Part shown: positions 47,306 to 57,207 of the stretch, piece after piece
How the letters are laid out: every line of letters starts with the position of its first letter
Numbering within the stretch: the stretch's first letter is position 1
Origin: an uncultured Acidimicrobiales bacterium
GTDB lineage: Bacteria > Actinomycetota > Acidimicrobiia > Acidimicrobiales > SZUA-35
NCBI GenBank assembly: GCA_937930695.1
Contig: CALHCB010000029.1
Coordinates: 36,652 to 100,651, forward strand
DNA: 64,000 nucleotides
Direction of reading: 5' to 3'
The notes under the pieces: generated by a model
What the model saw: only the letters and a program-made list of their open reading frames with translations
Databases searched by the model: none
Told to the model about the DNA's origin: nothing
Made by a program: the position numbers and the translations under genes

Positions 47306-48513
47306 GTGAGTTCCCGAGCGGGAATGAACACTTCTGACGCCAACTGTTCGAATTGGGGTTCAGCGAACAACGCACCCTGGAAGAGGTGGACTCCTTCGCT
47401 GCGGAACCAATCGACCTCGGCCTGGTCTCGGATTTGCTTCGCCACGACGTCGATGCCGAGGTCCTCCGCGGTCTGCAAGATGCCTCTGACGATGGCTTGA
47501 CGCGCCCCGTTCGTCTCGATGTGTCGGACGAGACCCTCATTGAGGGCTACGCCGTCCGGCTTGTACGTATCGATCAGGTAGTGGCCGGATCTTCCAGCAC
47601 CGAAGTTGTCGATGGAGATTCGCATGCCAAATGCCCGCTGTTGTTGGAGCACTGAGGCAAACCATTGCGGATCGTCGAGCAGCTGGTCATGGTCGAGTTC
47701 GAGCGTGAGACGGTCGGGACGAAAGCCGTACCGTTCTGCTGCATCGACGGTGGCCTGCATTGTTCGTTCGGCGTCGTCGCAGCGATACACCGCGTAGTTC
47801 AATGTCAGCCCGGTGGAAAGGCCGAGTCGCGCCGCGAGGCCCATCGCCATCGTGTGGGATTCCATTTGTAGCTGGGTCCGGGCTGCTGGATCGTCGCGTT
47901 GGACGGTCGTTGGCAGTTTGGTTGTCTTGTCGAGCTCGATGGCTTCATGGGAAGTCACCCGCTCATCATCCAAGTCGATGATCGGCTGGAACGCATACGA
48001 CACCGGAGGTCGCTCGGTCGGGAGCGAATTCGTTGGTTGGGGACTAGAGACCGATGGCTGATCGTCAATGGGTTGGGTAGCGACCCGAGATCTCCACCGA
48101 CCGCTGTTGAAGGCTTTGAGCAGCTTCTTTGTCCGCCCAGGATTGAGATCGTCGAAGCAGCCTTGACCTTGGAAGAAATCGTTCAGACCGTCAATCGAGG
48201 CCAGTTCTTCTGCGGACACCTGGGCATAGCCCATGCTCCAGTCACTGAAGTCCCGGCGGGGGATAGGTTCGCGGATGATCGTGACGACGCTGGTGTGACG
48301 GTCATCGCGAGCGATGTGCTCAAAGAGAGCGTCGACGGCATCCCCGTCGCCTTCGAGCACCTGGAGAAAGCTGCCCTCCACGAAGAGAAGCATGCCGGTG
48401 ATGTCGAGCGAAGCGTTCTTCTCTCGGGCCAGCGCAAGGAGAGCGACGAGGTCCTTTGACGACATCTCCCTTGTTGCTGCGCTGCTATAGATCAAATGGA
48501 CAAGCCCGGACAT
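47302..48513 (-). CDS. BLUF photoreceptor domain fused to a degenerate EAL domain
   Basis: BLUF signatures: LIYSS (Tyr), FLQVLEG (Gln), DWSMGY (Trp/Met). EAL-like domain with substitutions: EAIEL, ELDH, DNFGAGRSG, ALNEG, AKQIR. Confidence 0.85.
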   Translation of the reverse strand: MSGLVHLIYSSAATREMSSKDLVALLALAREKNASLDITGMLLFVEGSFLQVLEGDGDAVDALFEHIARDDRHTSVVTIIREPIPRRDFSDWSMGYAQVSAEELASIDGLNDFFQGQGCFDDLNPGRTKKLLKAFNSGRWRSRVATQPIDDQPSVSSPQPTNSLPTERPPVSYAFQPIIDLDDERVTSHEAIELDKTTKLPTTVQRDDPAARTQLQMESHTMAMGLAARLGLSTGLTLNYAVYRCDDAERTMQATVDAAERYGFRPDRLTLELDHDQLLDDPQWFASVLQQQRAFGMRISIDNFGAGRSGHYLIDTYKPDGVALNEGLVRHIETNGARQAIVRGILQTAEDLGIDVVAKQIRDQAEVDWFRSEGVHLFQGALFAEPQFEQLASEVFIPARELT

Positions 48514-48635
48514 GCGGTCAGCTCCTGATTCGGTGGAGTGTGGACATGTCAGCCCACGAAGCTTGTTTCGGCGCGCCCGGAGAAGTTCTTGAGGGTTCTT
48601 CCAGGTGCATGTCGAAGCAAAGCTGGCGTGGGACG

Positions 48636-48674
48636 CGAAACGGGCCCCCGGTTGTTTCCCGAGGGCCCGTTTCG
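48636..48674 (-). terminator. GC-rich hairpin downstream of sdhB (terminator candidate without U-tract)
   Basis: cgaaacgggccc (48636-48647) pairs perfectly with gggcccgtttcg (48663-48674). Three more pairs form inside, leaving a 7-nt loop. Confidence 0.4.
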
Positions 48675-48706
48675 AAGATTGAGATGGTGCTGGGTACGCG
48701 GCGTCG

Positions 48707-49480
48707 CTATCGCTGCCCGGCGAGCTTGCGGTTGGTTCGCTTCGACTTGATGTAGTCGCGGTTCATGTACGCGATGAAATCGATGCTGATTTCCTTGGGG
48801 CACGCTTCGGAGCACTCACCGTGGTTGGTGCAGCTTCCGAAGAACTGTTCCATGGTCTCCACCATTTCTTCGGTCCGCTTGTAACGCTCAGGCTGGCCCT
48901 GAGGCAGCGAGTTCAGATGCCAAAGCTTCGCCGAGGTGAAGAGCTGACCTGCTGAGTTCGGGCAGGCTGCGACACAGGCTCCACAGCCGATGCAGGCCGC
49001 AGCGTCCATGGCTGAATCGGCTGCCTCTTTCGGGATGGGCGTGTCGTTCGCATCGCCCGCTGTTCCGGTGGGAGCGGTGATGAATCCGCCTGCTTCGATG
49101 ATGGCATCGAGCGGGGAACGATCGACCACGAGGTCTTTGACGACGGGGAACGCTGCTGCTCGCCACGGTTCGATGGCGATGGTGTCGCCGTCGGAGAACT
49201 TCCGCATATGCAGCTGGCAGGTCGCAGTGCCTTTTTCTTGGCCGTGGGCTCGGCCATTGATCATGACGCCACACGTTCCGCAAATGCCTTCGCGGCAGTC
49301 GTGCGGGAACTCGATGGGAACGTTGCCCTGCTCGATGAGACCCTCGTTGACAACGTCGAGCATCTCGAGGAAGGAGGCATCATCTGGGATGTTGCGTGCT
49401 TCGTAGGTTTCGAAGCGACCCGGAGCAGTCGGCCCATCTTGGCGCCAAATCTGCAGGGTGAGGTTGAGGTGGTTGCTCAC
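48707..49480 (-). CDS. sdhB: succinate dehydrogenase iron-sulfur subunit
   Basis: Cluster motifs CREGICGTCG, CIGCGACVAACP and CTNHGECSEACP. Confidence 0.95.
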   Translation of the reverse strand: MSNHLNLTLQIWRQDGPTAPGRFETYEARNIPDDASFLEMLDVVNEGLIEQGNVPIEFPHDCREGICGTCGVMINGRAHGQEKGTATCQLHMRKFSDGDTIAIEPWRAAAFPVVKDLVVDRSPLDAIIEAGGFITAPTGTAGDANDTPIPKEAADSAMDAAACIGCGACVAACPNSAGQLFTSAKLWHLNSLPQGQPERYKRTEEMVETMEQFFGSCTNHGECSEACPKEISIDFIAYMNRDYIKSKRTNRKLAGQR

Positions 49481-49493
49481 GTAAGGCTCTTTC

Positions 49494-51410
49494 TCACTTA
49501 TAGGAACGCTGGGTCAGCTTGACGTTTTCGAAGATCAGCTCTTCGGCGTGCTTGGTCTGGGGCGTGTCGGCATCGTGCCATTCCCAGGCCGAAACGTGGG
49601 CGAAGTCATCGTCGTTTCGAAGCGCTTCGCCTTCGGGGGTTTGTGACTCTGCTCTGAAGTGGCCGCCGCAAGATTCTTCGCGATCAAGTGCATCGCGTGC
49701 CATCAGTTCGGCGAGTTCGAAGAAGTCGGCGACTCGGCCAGCCTTTTCGAGCGAGCTGTTCAGCGTGTCGGAGTTGCCGAGAACCCGGAGGTCCTTCCAG
49801 AACTCCTCGCGCAGGGCCCGGATCTCTGAAACAGCCTTTTCCAGACCGTTCTGATCGCGCTCCATGCCGATGTAGTTCCATACGAGCTTGCCCAACTCGC
49901 GGTGGAAGTAGTCGGGGGACTGCGTGCCGTTGATCGACAAGAAGGTGTTGATCTGATCGCGGACGCCCTGCTCAGCCTCCTGGAAGACCGGGTCGTCCGT
50001 CGAAACGGGGTCGGTTCCCAGCTTGCCGGCGAGTGAATCACCGATTGTGTAGGGCAGCACGAAGTAACCGTCTGCAAGACCCTGCATGAGGGCGGAGGCT
50101 CCCAAGCGGTTTGCCCCGTGGTCAGAGAAGTTGGCCTCGCCGCAGGCGTACAGGCCGGGGACGTTGGTCATCAGGTTGTAGTCGACCCACAGCCCGCCCA
50201 TCGTGTAGTGCGTCGCGGGGAAGATGCGCATTGGCATCTCGCGGGGATCTTCACCCGTGATGCGCTCGTACATCTCGAACAGGTTCGAATAGCGCTCCCA
50301 CACCTTGTCGAGGCCATCACGGTCGATGGCGGCGGCGAAATCGAGATAGACGCCGTTCTTCAACGGGCCGACACCCAGACCTTGGTCAACGACGGTCTTG
50401 GCGTTGCGGGAAGCGACGTCTCGTGGAACCAGGTTGCCGAAGGCCGGGTACTTCTCTTCGAGGTAGTAGTAGCGGTCTGCTTCAGGAATGTCGCGGGCTC
50501 GACGCTGCTCGTCTGGATCTCGGGGAACCCAGATTCGACCGTCGTTTCGGAGCGACTCTGACATCAACGTCAGCTTCGACTGGAACTCGTCCGCTGCCGG
50601 AATGCACGTCGGATGAATTTGGGTGTAGCAGGGGTTGGCGAAGTAGGCGCCCTTGCGGTGGGCTCGCCACGCGGCGCTCACGTTGCAGGTCATCGCGTTC
50701 GTGCTCAGGTAGAACACATTGCCGTAGCCGCCGGTGGCGAGCACGACAGCATGACCCGAATGCGAGGTGATCTCACCGGTGAGCAGGTTGCGGCACACGA
50801 TGCCGGCCGCTTCGCCGTCTTTCATGACGAGATCGAGCATTTCCATTCGAGTGTGGAGCTTGACCTTGCCGGCGTGAACCTGGCCCATCATCTGCTGGTA
50901 TGCGCCGAGTAGGAGTTGCTGGCCGGTCTGGCCCCGGGCATAGAAGGTTCGGCTGACCTGGGCGCCACCGAAGGATCGGTTGGCGAGAAGGCCGCCGTAC
51001 TCGCGAGCGAATGGGACGCCCTGAGCAGCCATTTGGTCGATGATGTCGACAGACACCTGCGCCAGGCGATAGGTGTTTGCCTCTCGTCCCCGGTAGTCGC
51101 CACCCTTGATCGTGTCGTAGAAGAGGCGGTAGATGCTGTCACCATCGTTGCGGTAGTTCTTCGCACCGTTGATGCCGCCCTGGGCCGCAATCGAGTGAGC
51201 TCGGCGTGGCGAATCGTGGAAGGTGAAGGCTTCAACCTCATACCCCAGCTCGGCCAGCGTGGCCGCTGCTGATGAGCCAGCGAGACCGGTGCCGACAACC
51301 AGCACCTTGAACTTTCGCTTGTTTGCCGGGTTGACCAGCTTGATGTCGAACTTGTGCTTGTCCCACTTCTCGGCGAGGGGACCTTCAGGAATTTTGGAAT
51401 CTAGAACCAT
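49494..51410 (-). CDS. sdhA: succinate dehydrogenase flavoprotein subunit
   Basis: FAD fold [14 protein letters not shown] and covalent-FAD His context [15 protein letters not shown] 51410 is preceded by GAGGAGAG. Confidence 0.95.
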   Translation of the reverse strand: MVLDSKIPEGPLAEKWDKHKFDIKLVNPANKRKFKVLVVGTGLAGSSAAATLAELGYEVEAFTFHDSPRRAHSIAAQGGINGAKNYRNDGDSIYRLFYDTIKGGDYRGREANTYRLAQVSVDIIDQMAAQGVPFAREYGGLLANRSFGGAQVSRTFYARGQTGQQLLLGAYQQMMGQVHAGKVKLHTRMEMLDLVMKDGEAAGIVCRNLLTGEITSHSGHAVVLATGGYGNVFYLSTNAMTCNVSAAWRAHRKGAYFANPCYTQIHPTCIPAADEFQSKLTLMSESLRNDGRIWVPRDPDEQRRARDIPEADRYYYLEEKYPAFGNLVPRDVASRNAKTVVDQGLGVGPLKNGVYLDFAAAIDRDGLDKVWERYSNLFEMYERITGEDPREMPMRIFPATHYTMGGLWVDYNLMTNVPGLYACGEANFSDHGANRLGASALMQGLADGYFVLPYTIGDSLAGKLGTDPVSTDDPVFQEAEQGVRDQINTFLSINGTQSPDYFHRELGKLVWNYIGMERDQNGLEKAVSEIRALREEFWKDLRVLGNSDTLNSSLEKAGRVADFFELAELMARDALDREESCGGHFRAESQTPEGEALRNDDDFAHVSAWEWHDADTPQTKHAEELIFENVKLTQRSYK

Positions 51411-51435
51411 GTCGTTCTCTCCTCGTTCTTCCCGC

Positions 51436-52239
51436 TCAGCCTTCGCTGGCGCTGATTTCGGGCTCGCCCGGCTCAACCGCTCCAGCGAGGATGGCGATCG
51501 GGAAGCTCAGATTGGCAATCAGAATGGCACCCGCAAGACCACCAGCGACCAATCGGCGCAGATTGTTCCAGCGAGGGTTGTTGAGTCCGAGACTCTGGAA
51601 CATGCTCCATGCGCCGTGGAAGAGGTGCACGGCGAGAGCGATGTTCGCCACGATGTAGATGAGGGCAACCCACCAACGGGCGAGGCTGTACGCCAAGTTG
51701 TTGTGGACTTCGCCGCGCTCCCAGTCCGGGCTGATAGCGCTGATGCCCCAGGTGAGGTCGGCCAGGTGGAAGACGAGGTACAGGGCGATGATGATTCCGG
51801 TGACTCGGGTCGTCCGTGAAGCGAAGTTTGCTGCAAGCCAGTCCTGCTTGGACTGGTAGCGGCTGCTCGACGACAAGTTCATTCGGGTCAAGGTGTACGC
51901 CGAGTGAATGTGGAGCCCGAAGGCACCGATCAATCCGATCCGCAGGAACCACAAGAGATAGGTCCTCGGGAACAGGGGAACGAGGAGTTCCCGAAGGAAC
52001 TCGCCGTAGAGATCGATATCCCACACAGCTTCGCCGTTGTGTTCGACCGCGCCGAGGTACAACTTCAAGTTGCCGATCGCATGAAAGACGACGAAGCCGA
52101 TGAGCATGAGCCCGGTAAGGGCCATCACCCACTTCTTGCCGACAGCGGTCTGATAAAGGTTGAGAGGGAACGGAAGTTCCTTCGCCTTTTTTCGAATTGG
52201 GTTCGAAGCAGATTTCTGATGAACCGTTGGTGCGGCCAC
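51436..52239 (-). CDS. sdhC: succinate dehydrogenase cytochrome b (b558-type) membrane subunit
   Basis: Five hydrophobic helices with conserved His residues ([29 protein letters not shown]). C-A-B gene order as in the mycobacterial Sdh1 operon. GGAGG RBS. Confidence 0.85.
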   Translation of the reverse strand: MAAPTVHQKSASNPIRKKAKELPFPLNLYQTAVGKKWVMALTGLMLIGFVVFHAIGNLKLYLGAVEHNGEAVWDIDLYGEFLRELLVPLFPRTYLLWFLRIGLIGAFGLHIHSAYTLTRMNLSSSSRYQSKQDWLAANFASRTTRVTGIIIALYLVFHLADLTWGISAISPDWERGEVHNNLAYSLARWWVALIYIVANIALAVHLFHGAWSMFQSLGLNNPRWNNLRRLVAGGLAGAILIANLSFPIAILAGAVEPGEPEISASEG

Positions 52240-52326
52240 GCCTGGCCTCCTGGGCGTTAGAGCATCAATTTGCAGGCCGAAACCTACTCCCTTACTACGC
52301 CAGACGACTAGTTCACTCGCGGTTCT

Positions 52327-54546
52327 TCACACGGTCGCGCGGTTTAGGGTTTCTGAAGGTGGGATGACGACGGTCTGATAGCGGTTGGTTGCTGACCATT
52401 CTCGGGCTCGAAGTTCGAGGTCAATTGTGAGCAGTCCGTTGAGCGGCGGGACCTCAAACGAGAAGGTTCCAACGAGCTGGCAGCCGTCTTGTGGAACGTC
52501 GCCTCTCCAGTTCGTTGCCGATTCCCATGATCCACAGCGAGCGATTGCAGTGACCAAAACATCTTCGAGCGCGACATCAAGATCACTCACCGCGTGAACG
52601 TCGAACCGCAGCTGCTCGCCAGCCGTGGTGATCTGGGGCGGAACGTCGGTAACCACGATCACCGGTCGACACGCGTCGGTGAGTGCGTCGTAGGCCGGCT
52701 TGCGGATGCGGTCGTGGGTCAACACGCCGAATCCACCTTCGGGCTCGGCGTCGGCGAGCGCAACAACACAGAACCCACCTGTGGGTCGGTACTTCAGCCG
52801 ACGAAGCGTTTCGATGTGTCGGCGAATGAGGTCTGCCTGGTACGCCTGAGTCGCGTGTGCCCAGGCCATTCCGTCTGCGTAGGCCCGGCGAGGGAGATAG
52901 CGCTCGAAGGCGCCCGCTTGGGCACGAGGCCACGTTGGCGCATCTTCATCCCACCACCCGGGCGTCACCGATTGCGCCCCGAATCCGCCGAGGAACGTGC
53001 CGAGACGGGGCCACGATCGAAGAATCTCTGCAAGGTCTTCTGGAGAGCCGTTGTGCCAACCGAGCCAGAGGTGTGGATCAGAACCCGAAACGTCGGTGAG
53101 CATCGGGAGGCTTCCCGATCTGGCGATCACGGTTCGGCTTGAGTCCGCGGCCCGCAGTTCTCGCCGAATGATCGGATCGAGGACGGACCGATTCCAACTC
53201 GGGAGGAGGTGTCGGCCAAGGCTGGCGCCGAACGAAGGAAGGGGGTTGTCAGCCGGGGTTGGTTCCGGCAGCGGTTGGCCGTTTGGCTCGTCGTGGGCAC
53301 ACCACACCGCAACCGACGGGTGATGGCCAATGAGGTCAACCGCCTCGCGGGCGGTGGCGCGAGCGGCCTTGCGAGAGCTGGTGGCGTACCCGCCGACGAG
53401 GGGCAGGTCTTGCCAGATGAGCAAACCCAGCCGGTCGGCTTCGGCATACAACTCAGGCGGGGCGATGTGGCCATGAATTCGAATCAGATCGAGTCCACTG
53501 GCTCGGATAGCAGCGAGGTCGTCATGAATCTTCTGCTTGTCCACCTCGGCGAGGAATCGGCTCTGGGGGCCAAGACTGATCCCCTTGACGAACAGTCGTT
53601 GGCCGTTCACCTTCCAATTGAAATTGTCTGCAGAGACTGATCGAAGGCCGGTGCGCCAGTGTCGACGGTCGGAATGACGCCGGTCAGAGTTTCTTGATGT
53701 GCTGGGGCCTTTCGGGGTGATGGGCGAAGAGTCATCGTCTGAGCGTTGGGCAGGCGAAGGTTCCGCAGCTGCCTCGCGTAGGACGATCGAAATGTCGTAG
53801 AGGGGTTGGTCACCGCGCGAGGCCGGCCACCAAAGTTCGGGTTCGTCGACCGTCGTTTCCCATTCGATTCGGTTCTCGCCGTGGGCGACCTCGAAGGTCG
53901 CCGTCCCACCGGCAACAGCCCGGCCTGCTGGTCCGGCTACCGACGTCACGATTTCGATGTCGCCAGCAACAGAAGCGTCGATGACGACTCGATGCCGGAG
54001 CCTTGCTGACTCTGCAGTTGCGGCCTCACAGACCAGACGAGCGTGTTGAATCGCGACGGGCCCCGTCGTCTCGAGTCGGATGGGCCGCCAGATTCCACCA
54101 GGGCACCCGTCGGGCGCCAAGGGGCCTGCCTGCAACGATCCGGTGAATGATTGTTTGGAGCGCCCGGCATTCTGCGCCGATGCGGTCACCTCGATGGACA
54201 GGACATGGTCGGTGCCGCACTCCCGGAGGTTCTCCGTGACGTCGAACCGGTGGGGAACGAAGTACCCCGAGGTTGATCCGACGTAGCGGCCGTTCAGCCA
54301 CACGTCGCTCTGGGCAATCACTCCGTCGAGGCACAGCCATGTTCTGTCTGGGCCGTCGGCCACCTCGTGGGAAAAGGTTCGCCGGTAGAGCACGGGACCT
54401 TCTGTGTTGGCCAGGTCGTGGTGGGAACCCCAGTGGCCGGGCACCGTGACGCGCGCCCAGGTGCTGTCGTCTAGATCTGGATCAGCGCCGGTCCGTATCA
54501 GCTCCTGATCCACGATGGCTGCTGCCCACTGCCCTCCGAGATCCAC
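52327..54546 (-). CDS. glycoside hydrolase family 2 protein (beta-mannosidase-like)
   Basis: 739 aa. N-terminal sugar-binding region (W.RVTVPGHW, VWLNGRYVG) and a TIM barrel (IRIHGH, WCAHDEPN). Contains a low-complexity insert. Confidence 0.75.
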   Translation of the reverse strand: MDLGGQWAAAIVDQELIRTGADPDLDDSTWARVTVPGHWGSHHDLANTEGPVLYRRTFSHEVADGPDRTWLCLDGVIAQSDVWLNGRYVGSTSGYFVPHRFDVTENLRECGTDHVLSIEVTASAQNAGRSKQSFTGSLQAGPLAPDGCPGGIWRPIRLETTGPVAIQHARLVCEAATAESARLRHRVVIDASVAGDIEIVTSVAGPAGRAVAGGTATFEVAHGENRIEWETTVDEPELWWPASRGDQPLYDISIVLREAAAEPSPAQRSDDDSSPITPKGPSTSRNSDRRHSDRRHWRTGLRSVSADNFNWKVNGQRLFVKGISLGPQSRFLAEVDKQKIHDDLAAIRASGLDLIRIHGHIAPPELYAEADRLGLLIWQDLPLVGGYATSSRKAARATAREAVDLIGHHPSVAVWCAHDEPNGQPLPEPTPADNPLPSFGASLGRHLLPSWNRSVLDPIIRRELRAADSSRTVIARSGSLPMLTDVSGSDPHLWLGWHNGSPEDLAEILRSWPRLGTFLGGFGAQSVTPGWWDEDAPTWPRAQAGAFERYLPRRAYADGMAWAHATQAYQADLIRRHIETLRRLKYRPTGGFCVVALADAEPEGGFGVLTHDRIRKPAYDALTDACRPVIVVTDVPPQITTAGEQLRFDVHAVSDLDVALEDVLVTAIARCGSWESATNWRGDVPQDGCQLVGTFSFEVPPLNGLLTIDLELRAREWSATNRYQTVVIPPSETLNRATV

Positions 54547-54664
54547 GACTGGAGCCTAGGACGTCTGTCCTCCCTGTGAGGGTGCGGCGTGTTGAACAGT
54601 GCGGTTCGCTTGTGTCCGATCGCCCGATGGAATGTCGGGGTGGCGTCAGGGCTAGGGTCGCGGT

Positions 54665-56083
54665 GTGGACGATCGACCAGACACTCTTGGCGGACTCCGA
54701 AGCTCGGGATGGGAATCCCGCAGCGTCAAAGACGAGATTCGGCAACACGCCATCGCCCGAATTCGTGCTGGCGAGCCCTTGTTCCCTTCGGTGCTCGGCT
54801 ACGAGGAGACGGTCATTCCCCAGCTCGAGCACGCGGTGCTGGCTGGGCACGACGTCGTGCTTCTCGGCGAACGAGGCCAGGCCAAGACGCGAATCATCCG
54901 AGGACTGACCGAGCTTCTCGACGAGTGGATGCCGATCGTTGCCGGATCGGAGATCAATGACGATCCGTACAATCCGATCTCGCGGCACGCCAAGGATGCG
55001 ATCGCCGAGCACGGCGACGACACCCCGATTTCCTGGGTTCATCGAGACGATCGATTCGGCGAGAAGTTGGCAACCCCCGACACCTCGATTGCTGACCTGA
55101 TCGGTGAAGTTGATCCGATCAAGGTGGCAGAGGGTCGGTATCTGTCCGACGAACTCACGCTGCATTACGGCTTGGTTCCACGCACCAACCGCGGCGTTTT
55201 TGCCATCAACGAGCTTCCCGACTTGGCGGAGCGCATCCAGGTCGGATTGCTGAACGTGCTCGAAGAACGCGACGTGCAGGTGCGCGGCTACAAGGTACGA
55301 CTACCGCTCGACGTGATGTTGGTCGCGTCGGCGAACCCTGAGGATTACACCAACCGCGGCCGGATGATCACGCCGCTGAAGGACCGGTTCGGCGCCCAGA
55401 TCCGCACCCACTACCCGCTCGAGGTGTCGACGGAAATCGCCATCGCCGAACAGGAGGCCGACATTCCTGGTCTCGACTCGTCCAGCGACGCGGAGATGCC
55501 GGTGGTCATTCCGGCGTTCATGAAAGAACTCATCGCGGTCTTCTCTCATGTGGCCCGCGGTAGCTCCCATATCAATCAGCGATCCGGAGTCTCAGTTCGG
55601 CTGACAGTCTCCAACCTCGAGACGTTGGCAGCCGCCGCCATCCGGCGCGCCCTCCTCCTCGGTGAAGAGACTGCTGTCCCTCGGGTCTGTGATCTCGATG
55701 CGCTCATCGCATCGACCGCCGGCAAGATCGAGATCGAAGCTCTCGATGAAGATCGAGACGGTGAGGTCATCGACCATCTGATGCGATCTGCTGTGCTCAC
55801 AGCGTTCAAGGACATGGTCTCGAGCGAAGGCGTGCGCCAAGTTGCTGAAGCCTTCGATGAGGACACAGTTGTCAATACCGGGGCCGATGTCCGGGTGAGC
55901 GACTACACCGCGCTGCTCGCAACCGAACCGTCGTTCGCTGGCCCCGTGGCTGAATTGCTCGGCGACGACGACTCGCCAGCATCTGTGGCATCGGCAATCG
56001 AGTTCATTCTCGAGGGTCTGCACCTGTCCAAGCGGCTGAATAAGGACGCCGTTGGTTCACGGGCTGCGTACCGAGGCCGCTAG
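54665..56083 (+). CDS. ChlI/Mg-chelatase-like AAA+ ATPase (Rv0958-like)
   Basis: Walker A LLGERGQAKT, Walker B-like GVFAINELPDL, and LVASANPEDYTNRGRMITPLKDRF. GTG start. Confidence 0.8.
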   Translation: MDDRPDTLGGLRSSGWESRSVKDEIRQHAIARIRAGEPLFPSVLGYEETVIPQLEHAVLAGHDVVLLGERGQAKTRIIRGLTELLDEWMPIVAGSEINDDPYNPISRHAKDAIAEHGDDTPISWVHRDDRFGEKLATPDTSIADLIGEVDPIKVAEGRYLSDELTLHYGLVPRTNRGVFAINELPDLAERIQVGLLNVLEERDVQVRGYKVRLPLDVMLVASANPEDYTNRGRMITPLKDRFGAQIRTHYPLEVSTEIAIAEQEADIPGLDSSSDAEMPVVIPAFMKELIAVFSHVARGSSHINQRSGVSVRLTVSNLETLAAAAIRRALLLGEETAVPRVCDLDALIASTAGKIEIEALDEDRDGEVIDHLMRSAVLTAFKDMVSSEGVRQVAEAFDEDTVVNTGADVRVSDYTALLATEPSFAGPVAELLGDDDSPASVASAIEFILEGLHLSKRLNKDAVGSRAAYRGR

Positions 56084-56100
56084 GACGCTTCTGACATCCG

Positions 56101-57057
56101 TTACTTGTAGCGGCTCAGTCGGTCCAGAAGGAGGGCGTAAAAGCCCTCTGCATCCACCTCTCGAATCCATCGACAATTGGGTTCGTCCTTTGTCACGCCC
56201 CACCAGTCGACCGATGTTTGACCCATGGTCTTCTCCGAGGCGATCTCAACCTCGACGGCGCAGTCCTTGCCGTCGTACAGCGTTGGGTCGAGGAGGTAGG
56301 CGATCACGTTCGGGTCGTGCAGTGGCCCGCCCAGCGTGCCGTACTTCTCCTCGTCGAATCGTTCATAGAAGGTGACCATCTCTGCACAGGCGGTGCCGAC
56401 CGGGGTGCCCAAGTCAGCCAGAGCAGCAATCCACTCTTTGGTCATCAGTGCCCGATGCGTGACATCGAGGCTGTGAGCGACAATCGGTACGCCCGAGGTG
56501 AACACGACGTGTGCAGCGTGAGGATCGACGTAGATGTTGAACTCGGCCGTTGGTGTGATGTTGCCGCCCTCCCAATAGGCCCCACCCATCAGCACGATCT
56601 CTCGGATGTGAGGCACGATCGCGGGTTGTTTGACCATGGCCATCGCAATGTTGGTGAGTGGGCCAACAGGGCAGAGTGTGATCCCGTCGGGCCCTGCAGC
56701 GAGCAGGCTGGTGATGATGAAGTCGACGGCATGTTGCTCCTGCACCGCCATCGTGGGCTCGGGAAGCTCCGGTCCGTCGAGTCCGGTCTTGCCATGCACG
56801 TGCTCGGCGGTGACGAGGTTGCGCACCATCGGGCGACTGCAACCGGAATAGACCGGTGTCTCTGGCAAATCGGCAAGCTCGCACAGCATGCGGGTGTTGC
56901 GAAGCGTGAGCGCAAGCGGGACGTTGCCAGCCACGGCCGTGATGCCGACGACGTCGAGTTCGGGCGATGCCAATGCTGCCAGAATGGCGATCGCGTCGTC
57001 TTGACCAGGGTCGGTGTCGATGATGATGGGACGAGGCGAAGAATCAGAAGGTGTCAC
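56101..57057 (-). CDS. nucleoside hydrolase (IUNH family)
   Basis: N-terminal Ca-binding signature IIIDTDPGQDDAIAIL. Confidence 0.9.
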   Translation of the reverse strand: MTPSDSSPRPIIIDTDPGQDDAIAILAALASPELDVVGITAVAGNVPLALTLRNTRMLCELADLPETPVYSGCSRPMVRNLVTAEHVHGKTGLDGPELPEPTMAVQEQHAVDFIITSLLAAGPDGITLCPVGPLTNIAMAMVKQPAIVPHIREIVLMGGAYWEGGNITPTAEFNIYVDPHAAHVVFTSGVPIVAHSLDVTHRALMTKEWIAALADLGTPVGTACAEMVTFYERFDEEKYGTLGGPLHDPNVIAYLLDPTLYDGKDCAVEVEIASEKTMGQTSVDWWGVTKDEPNCRWIREVDAEGFYALLLDRLSRYK

Positions 57058-57207
57058 GTTTGGAGGCTAGGTCGCGACGCTTGCTGGGACACGTGATTCA
57101 GAGGGCGGTCGCGCATCCACAGAGTGGACACACACGCCGAGTTGAGTCCTCGTTGAAGTACGATCCCGCAGCGATTGAGCACGTTGGCAGCGGGCGAACG
57201 AGGGGCC

